Assembly (NCBI GenBank): GCA_964016885.1
Contig: OZ024754.1
Span: 21,886,001 to 21,950,000, forward strand
DNA length: 64,000 nucleotides
DNA from: Eledone cirrhosa
Lineage: Eukaryota
Reading direction: 5' to 3'
Shown here: positions 55,801 to 64,000 of the stretch, piece after piece
Numbering within the stretch: position 1 is the stretch's first letter
How the letters are laid out: each line of letters opens with the position of its first letter
The notes under the pieces: generated by a model
Seen by the model: only the letters and a program-made list of their open reading frames with translations
Databases searched by the model: none
What the model was told of the DNA's origin: nothing
Position numbers and translations under genes: made by a program

Positions 55801-58800
55801 TAGATGGAGGTATGTTATATATGTGGTAGATGGAGGTATGTTATATGTGTGTGGTAGATGGAGGTATGTTATATATGTGTGGTAGATGGAGGTATGTTAT
55901 ATGTGTGGTAGATGGAGGTATGTTATGTGGTAGATGGAGGTATGTTATATATATGTGGTAGATGGAGGTATGTTATGTGATAGATGTAGGTATGTTATAT
56001 ATGTGGTAGATGGAAGTATGTTATATATGTGTGGTAGATGGAGGTATGTTATGTATATGTGGTAGATGGAGGTATGTTATATGTGTGTGGTAGATGGAGG
56101 TATGTTATATATGTGTGGTAGATGTAGGTATGTTATATATGTGGTAGATGGAGGTATGTTATATATGTGGTAGATGGAGGTATGTTATATATGTGGTAGA
56201 TGGAGGTATGTTACATATGTCTGGTAGATGGAGGTATGTTATGTGTGTGTTAGATGAAGGTATGTTATATATGTGGTAGATTGAGGTATGTTATATATGT
56301 GGTAGATGGATGTATGTTATATATATGTGGTAGATGGAGGTATGTTATATGTGTGGTAGATGTAGATATGTTATATATATGTGGTAGATGGAGGTATGTT
56401 ATATGTGAGGTAGATGGAGGTATGTTATATATGTGTGGTAGATGGAGATATGTTATATATGTGTGGTAGATGGAGGTATGTTATATGTGTGGTAGATGGA
56501 GGTATGTTATATGTGTGTGGTAGATGTAGGTATGTTATATATGTGGTAGATGGAGGTATGTTATATGTGTGTGGTAGATGGAGGTATGTTATATATGTGG
56601 TAGATGGAGGTATGTTATATATATGTGGTAGATGGATGTATGTTATATATATATGGTAGATGGAGGTATGTTATATATATGTGGTAGAGGGATGTATGTT
56701 ATATGTGTAGTAGATGGAGGTATGTTATATGTGTGATAGTAGGAGGTATGTTATCTATGTGGTAGATGGAGGTATGTTATATGCATGGTAGATGGAATTA
56801 TATTATATGCATGGTAGATGGAGGTATGTTATATATGTGTGGTAGATGGAGGTATGTTATGTATATGTGGTAGATGGAGGTATGTTATATGTGTGTGGTA
56901 GATGGAGGTATGTTATATATGTGTGGTAGATGTAGGTATGTTATATATGTAGTAGATGGAGGTATGTTATATATGTGGTAGATGGAGGTATGTTATATAT
57001 GTGGTAGATGGAGGTATGTTACATATGGCTGGTAGATGGAGGTATGTTATGTGTGTGTTAGATGAAGGTATGTTATATATGTGGTAGATTGAGGTATGTT
57101 ATATATGTGGTAGATGGATGTATGTTATATATATGTGGTAGATGGAGGTATGTTATATGTGTGTGGTAGATGGAGGTATGTTATATATATGTGGTAGATG
57201 GAGGTATGTTATATATATGTGGTAGATGGAGGTATGTTATATATATGTGGTAGATGGAGGTATGTTATATATATGTGGTAGATGGAGGTATGTTATATAT
57301 GTGGTAGATGGAGGTATGTTATATATATGTGGTAGATGGAGGTATGTTATATGTGTGTGGTAGATGGAGGTATGTTATATGCGTGTGGTAGATAGAGGTA
57401 TGTTATATATATGTGGTAGATGGAGGTATGTTATATATATGTGGTAGATGGAGGTATGTTATATATATGTGGTAGATGGAGGTATGTTATGTGTGGTAGA
57501 TGGAGGTATGTTATATATATGTGGTAGATGGAGGTATGTTATATATATGTGGTAGATGGAGGTATGTTATATACATGTGGTAGATGGATGTATGTTATAT
57601 ATATGTGGTAGATGGAGGTATGTTATATATGTGATAGATGGAGGTATGTTATATATGTGGTAGATGGAAGTATGTTATATGTGTGTGGTAGATGGAGGTA
57701 TGTTATATATATGTGGTAGATGGAGGTATGTTATATGTGTGTGGTAGATGGAGGTATGTTATATATGTGTGGTAGATGTAGGTATGTTATATATGTGGTA
57801 GATGGAGGTATGGTATATATGTGGTAGATGGAGGTATGTTATATATGTGGTAGATGGAGGTATGTTATATATGTCTGGTAGATGGAGGTATGTTATGTGT
57901 GTGGTAGATGGAGGTATGTTATATATGTGGTAGATGGAGGTATGTTATATATGTGGTAGATGGATGTATGTTATATATATGTGGTAGATGGAGGTATGTT
58001 ATATGTGTGGTAGATGTAGATATGTTATATATATGTGGTAGATGGAGGTATGTTATATATGTGGTAGATGGAGATATGTTATATATGTGTGGTAGATGGA
58101 GGTATGTTATATGTGTGGTAGATGGAGGTATGTTATATGTGTGTGGTAGATGTAGGTATGTTATATATGTGGTAGATGGAGGTATGTTATATGTGTGTGG
58201 TAGATGGAGGTATGTTATATATGTGGTAGATGGAGGTATGTTATATGTGTGTGGTAGATGGAGGTATGTTATATATATGTGGTAGATGGAGGTATGTTAT
58301 ATATATGTGGTAGATGGAGGTATGTTATATATATGTGGTAGATGGAGGTATGTTATATATATGTGGTAGATGGAGGTATGTTATATATATGTGGTAGATG
58401 GAGGTATGTTATATATGTGGTAGATAGAGGTATGTTATATATATGTGGTAGATGGAGGTATGTTATATGTGTGTGGTAGATGGAGGTATGTTATATGTGT
58501 GTGGTAGATGGAGGTATGTTATATATGTGTGGTAGATGGAGGAATAGTATCTATATATATCTGTGGTAGATGGAGGTATGTTATATATGTGTGGTAGATG
58601 GAGGTATGTTATGTGTGTGGTAGATGGATGTATGTTATATATATGTGGTAGATGGAGGTATGTTGTATATGTGATAGATGTAGGTATGTTATATATTTGG
58701 TAGATGGAAGTATGTTATATGTGTGTGGTAGATGGAGGTATGTTATATATATGTGGTAGATGGAGGTATGTTATATGTGTGTGGTAGATGGAGGTATGTT

Positions 58801-61800
58801 ATATATGTGTGGTAGATGTAGGTATGTTATATATGTGGTAGATGGAGGTATGTTATATATGTGGTAGATGGAGGTATGTTATATATGTGGTAGATGGAGG
58901 TATGTTATATATGTCTGGTAGATGGAGGTATGTTATGTGTGTGGTAGATGGAGGTATGTTATATATGTGGTAGATTGAGGTATGTTATATATGTGGTAGA
59001 TGGATGTATGTTATATATATGTGGTAGATGGAGGTATGTTATATGTGTGGTAGATGTAGATATGTTATATATATGTGGTAGATGGAGGTATGTTATATGT
59101 GAGGTAGATGGAGGTATGTTATATATGTGTGGTAGATGGAGATATGTTATATATGTGTGGTAGATGGAGGTATGTTATATGTGTGGTAGATGGAGGTATG
59201 TTATATGTGTGTGGTAGATGTAGGTATGTTATATATGTGGTAGATGGAGGTATGTTATATGTGTGTGGTAGATGGAGGTATGTTATATATGTGGTAGATG
59301 GAGGTATGTTATATGTGTGTGGTAGATGGAGGTATGTTATATATGTGGTAGATGGAGGTATGTTATATATGTGGTAGATGGAGGTATGTTACATATGTCT
59401 GGTAGATGGAGGTATGTTATGTGTGTGTTAGATGAAGGTATGTTATATATGTGGTAGATGGATGTATGTTATATATATGTGGTAGATGGAGGTATGTTAT
59501 ATGTGTGGTAGATGTAGATATGTTATATATATGTGGTAGATGGAGGTATGTTATATGTGAGGTAGATGGAGGTATGTTATATATGTGTGGTAGATGGAGA
59601 TATGTTATATATGTGTGGTAGATGGAGGTATGTTATATGTGTGGTAGATGGAGGTATGTTATATGTGTGTGGTAGATGTAGGTATGTTATATATGTGGTA
59701 GATGGAGGTATGTTATATGTGTGTGGTAGATGGAGGTATGTTATATATGTGGTAGATGGAGGTATGTTATATATATGTGGTAGATGGATGTATGTTATAT
59801 ATATATGGTAGATGGAGGTATGTTATATATATGTGGTAGAGGGATGTATGTTATATGTGTAGTAGATGGAGGTATGTTATATGTGTGATAGTAGGAGGTA
59901 TGTTATATATGTGGTAGATGGAGGTATGTTATATGCATGGTAGATGGAATTATATTATATACATGGTAGATGGAGGTATGTTATATATGTGTGGTAGATG
60001 TAGGTATGTTATGTATGTGGTAGATGGAGGTATGTTATGTGTGTGGTAGATGGAGGTATGTTATATGTGTGGTAGATGGAAGTATGTTATATGTGTGTGG
60101 TAGATGGATGTATGTTATATATGTGGTAGATGGAGGTATGTTATATGTGTGTGGTAGATGGAGGTATTTTATCTGTGTGTGGTAGATGTAGGTATGTTAT
60201 ATGTGTGTGGTAGATGGAGGTATGTTATATGTGTGTGGTAGATGGAGGTATGTTATATATATGTGGTAGATGGAGGTATGTTATATATGTGGTAGATGGA
60301 GATATGTTATATATGTGTGATAGTAGGAGGTATGTTATATATGTGGTAGATGGAGGTATGTTATATGCATGGTAGATGGAGGTATATTAAATGCATGGTA
60401 GATGGAGGTATGTTATATATGTGTGGTAGATGTAGGTATGTTATGTATGTGGTAGATGGAGGTATGTTATGTGTGTGGTAGATGGAGGTATGTTATATGT
60501 GTGGTAGATGGAAGTATGTTATATGTGTGTGGTAGATGGATGTATGTTATATATGTGGTAGATGGAGGTATGTTATATGTGTGTGGTAGATGGAGGTATT
60601 TTATATGTGTGTGGTAGATGTAGGTATGTTATATATGTGGTAGATGGAGGTATGTTATATGTGTGTGGTAGATGGAGGTATGTTATATATATGTGGTAGA
60701 TGGAGGTATGTTATATATATGTGGTAGATGGAGGTATGTTATATATGTGGTAGATGGAGGTATGTTATATATGTGGTAGATGGAGGTATGTTATATATGT
60801 GGTAGATGGAGGTATGTTATATATGTGGTAGATGGAGGTATGTTATATATGTGGTAGATGGAGGTATGTTATATATATGTGGTAGATGGAGGTATGTTAT
60901 ATGTGTGTGGTAGATGGAGGTATCTTATATGTGTGGTAGATGTAGGTATGTTATATATATGTGGTAGATGAAGGTATGTTATATATGTGTGGTAGATGGA
61001 GGTATGTTATATATATGTGGTAGATGGAGGTATGTTATATGTGAGGTAAATGGAGGTATGTTATATATGTGGTAGATGGAGATATGTTATATATGTGTGG
61101 TAGATGGAGGTATGTTATATGTGTGGTAGATGGAGGTATGTTATATGTGTGTGGTAGATGTAGGTATGTTATATATGTGGTAGATGGAGGTATGTTATAT
61201 GTGTGTGGTAGATGGAGGTATGTTATATATGTGGTAGATGGAGGTATGTTATATATATGTGGTAGATGGATGTATGTTATATATATATGGTAGATAGAGG
61301 TATGTTATATATATGTGGTAGAGGGATGTATGTTATATGTGTGATAGTAGGAGGTATGTTATATATGTGGTAGATGGAGGTATGTTATATGCATGGTAGA
61401 TGGAGGTATATTAAATGCATGGTAGATGGAGGTATGTTATATATGTGTGGTAGATGTAGGTATGTTATGTATGTGGTAGATGGAGGTATGTTATGTGTGT
61501 GGTAGATGGAGGTATGTTATATGTGTGGTAGATGGAAGTATGTTATATGTGTGTGGTAGATGGATGTATGTTATATATGTGGTAGATGGAGGTATGTTAT
61601 ATGTGTGTGGTAGATGGAGTTATGTTATATATATGTGATAGATGGAGGTATGTTATATGTGTTGTAGATGGAGGTATGTTATATGTGTGTGGTAGATGGA
61701 GGTATGTTATATATGTGTGGTAGATGGAGGAATAGTATCTATATATATCTATGGTAGATGGAGGTATGTTATATATGTGTGGTAGATGGAGGTATGTTAT

Positions 61801-64000
61801 GTGTGTGGTAGATGGAGGTATGTTATATATGTGGTAGATGGATGTATGTTATATATATGTGGTAGATGGAGGTATGTTATATATGTGATAGATGGAGGTA
61901 TGTATTATATGTGGTAGATGGAAGTATGTTATATGTGTGTGGTAGATGGAGGTATGTTATATGTGTGTGGTAGATGGAGGTATGTTATATATGTGTGGTA
62001 GATGTAGGTATGTTATATATGTGGTAGATGGAGGAATGTTATATATGTGGTAGATGGAGGTATGTTATATATGTGGCAGATGTAGGTATGTTATATATGT
62101 GGTAGATGGATGTATGTTATATATATGTGGTAGATGGAGGTATGTTATATGTGTGGTAGATGTAGATATGTTATATATATGTGGTAGATGGAGGTATGTT
62201 ATATGTGAGGTAAATGGAGGTATGTTATATATGTGGTAGATGGAGATATGTTATATATGTGTGGTAGATGGAGGTATGTTATATGTGTGGTAGATGGAGG
62301 TATGTTATATGTGTGTGGTAGATGTAGGTATGTTATATATGTGGTAGATGGAGGTATGTTATATGTGTGTGGTAGATGGAGGTATGTTATATATGTGGTA
62401 GATGGAGGTATGTTATATATATGTGGTAGATGGATGTATGTTATATATATATGGTAGATGGAGGTATGTTATATATATGTGGTAGAGGGATGTATGTTAT
62501 ATGTGTAGTAGATGGAGGTATGTTATATGTGTGATAGTAGGAGGTATGTTATATATGTGGTAGATGGAGGTATGTTATATGCATGGTAGATGGAGGTATA
62601 TTATATGCATGGTAGATGGACGTATGTTATATATGTGTGGTAGATGTAGGTATGTTATGTATGTGGTAGATGGAGGTATGTTATTTGTGTGGTAGATGGA
62701 GGTATGTTATATGTGTGGAATGTAGGTATTTTATATGTGTGGTAGATGGAGGTATGTTATACATGTGGTAGATGGAGATATGTTATATATGTGTGGTAGA
62801 TGGAGGTATGTTATGTGTGGTAGATGGAGGAATGTTATATGTGTGGAAGATGGAGGTATGTTATATATATGTGGTAGATGGAGGTATGTTATATGTGTGG
62901 AAGATGGAGGTATGTTATATATATGTGGTAGATGGAGGTATGTTATATATGTGGTAGATGGAGGTATGTTATATATGTGGTAGATGGAGGTATGTTATAT
63001 ATGTGGTAGATGGAGGTATGTTATATATGTGGTAGATGGAGGTATGTTATGTATGTGGTAGATGGAGGTATGTTATATATGTGGTAGATGGAGGTATGTT
63101 ATATATGTGGTAGATGGAGGTATGTTATATATGTGGTAGATGGAGGTATGTTATATATGTGGTAGATGGAGGTATGTTATGTATGTGGTAGATGGAGGTA
63201 TGTTATATATGTGGTAGATGGAGGTATGTTATATATGTGGTAGATGGAGGTATGTTATATATGTGTGGTAGATGGAGGTATGTTATATATGTGGTAGATG
63301 GATGTATGTTATATATGTGTGGTAGATGGAGGTATGTTATATATGTGGTAGATGGAGGTATGTTATATATGTGTGGTAGATGGAGGTATGTTATATATGT
63401 GGTAGATGGAAGTATGTTATATGTGTGTGGTAGATGGAGGTATGTTATATATGTGGTAGATGGAGGTATGTTATATGTGTGGTAGATGGAGGAATGTTAT
63501 ATATGTGGTAGATGGAGGTATGTTATATATGTGGCAGATGTAGGTATGTTATATATGTGGTAGATGGATGTATGTTATATATATGTGGTAGATGGAGGTA
63601 TGTTATATGTGTGGTAGATGTAGATATGTTATATATATGTGGTAGATGGAGGTATGTTATATGTGAGGTAAATGGAGGTATGTTATATATGTGGTAGATG
63701 GAGATATGTTATATATGTGTGGTAGATGGAGGTATGTTATATGTGTGGTAGATGGAGGTATGTTATATGTGTGTGGTAGATGTAGGTATGTTATATATGT
63801 GGTAGATGGAGGTATGTTATATGTGTGTGGTAGATGGAGGTATGTTATATATGTGGAAGATGGAGGTATGTTATATATATGTGGTAGATGGATGTATGTT
63901 ATATATATATGGTAGATGGAGGTATGTTATATATATGTGGTAGAGGGATGTATGTTATATGTGTAGTAGATGGAGGTATGTTATATGTGTGATAGTAGGA
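43871..64000. repeat. Tandem satellite, 26/28-bp unit GTGGTAGATGGAGGTATGTTATATAT(AT/GT), >20 kb, continuing past the window end
   Basis: Direct inspection; variant units recur in the same order. Confidence 0.98.

Noticed and set aside
43871-64000. CRISPR-like array or repetitive protein-coding ORFs
   Set aside because: There are no unique spacers, only TA/TG dinucleotide variation, and the ORFs are short translations of the satellite.

Overview
AT-rich, repeat-dense eukaryotic DNA; the SINE, RTE and (TA)n repertoire suggests an octopus or other coleoid cephalopod (inference). One host gene crosses the window on the + strand. Five phase-compatible GT-AG exons (7443-7524, 29073-29334, 39927-40107, 41495-41578, 43598-43698) encode the CysPc protease core of a calpain. 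Its catalytic Cys is replaced by Ser (QGQLGDSW), while the oxyanion Gln, catalytic His and catalytic Asn are intact. The introns hold decayed transposons: two families of Penelope-like elements (PLEs), RTE LINEs with a partner tRNA-SINE, piggyBac, a DD37D maT element, non-autonomous Helitrons and MITEs. At least seven minimal type I hammerhead-ribozyme motifs are visible, some in PLE UTRs and some in small ORF-less fold-back units between (TA)n tracts, and related copies covary. The last ~20 kb is a 26/28-bp satellite with a ~9-10 kb higher-order duplication. Most ORFs in the track are microsatellite or satellite artefacts. Repeat boundaries are approximate and were read by eye.
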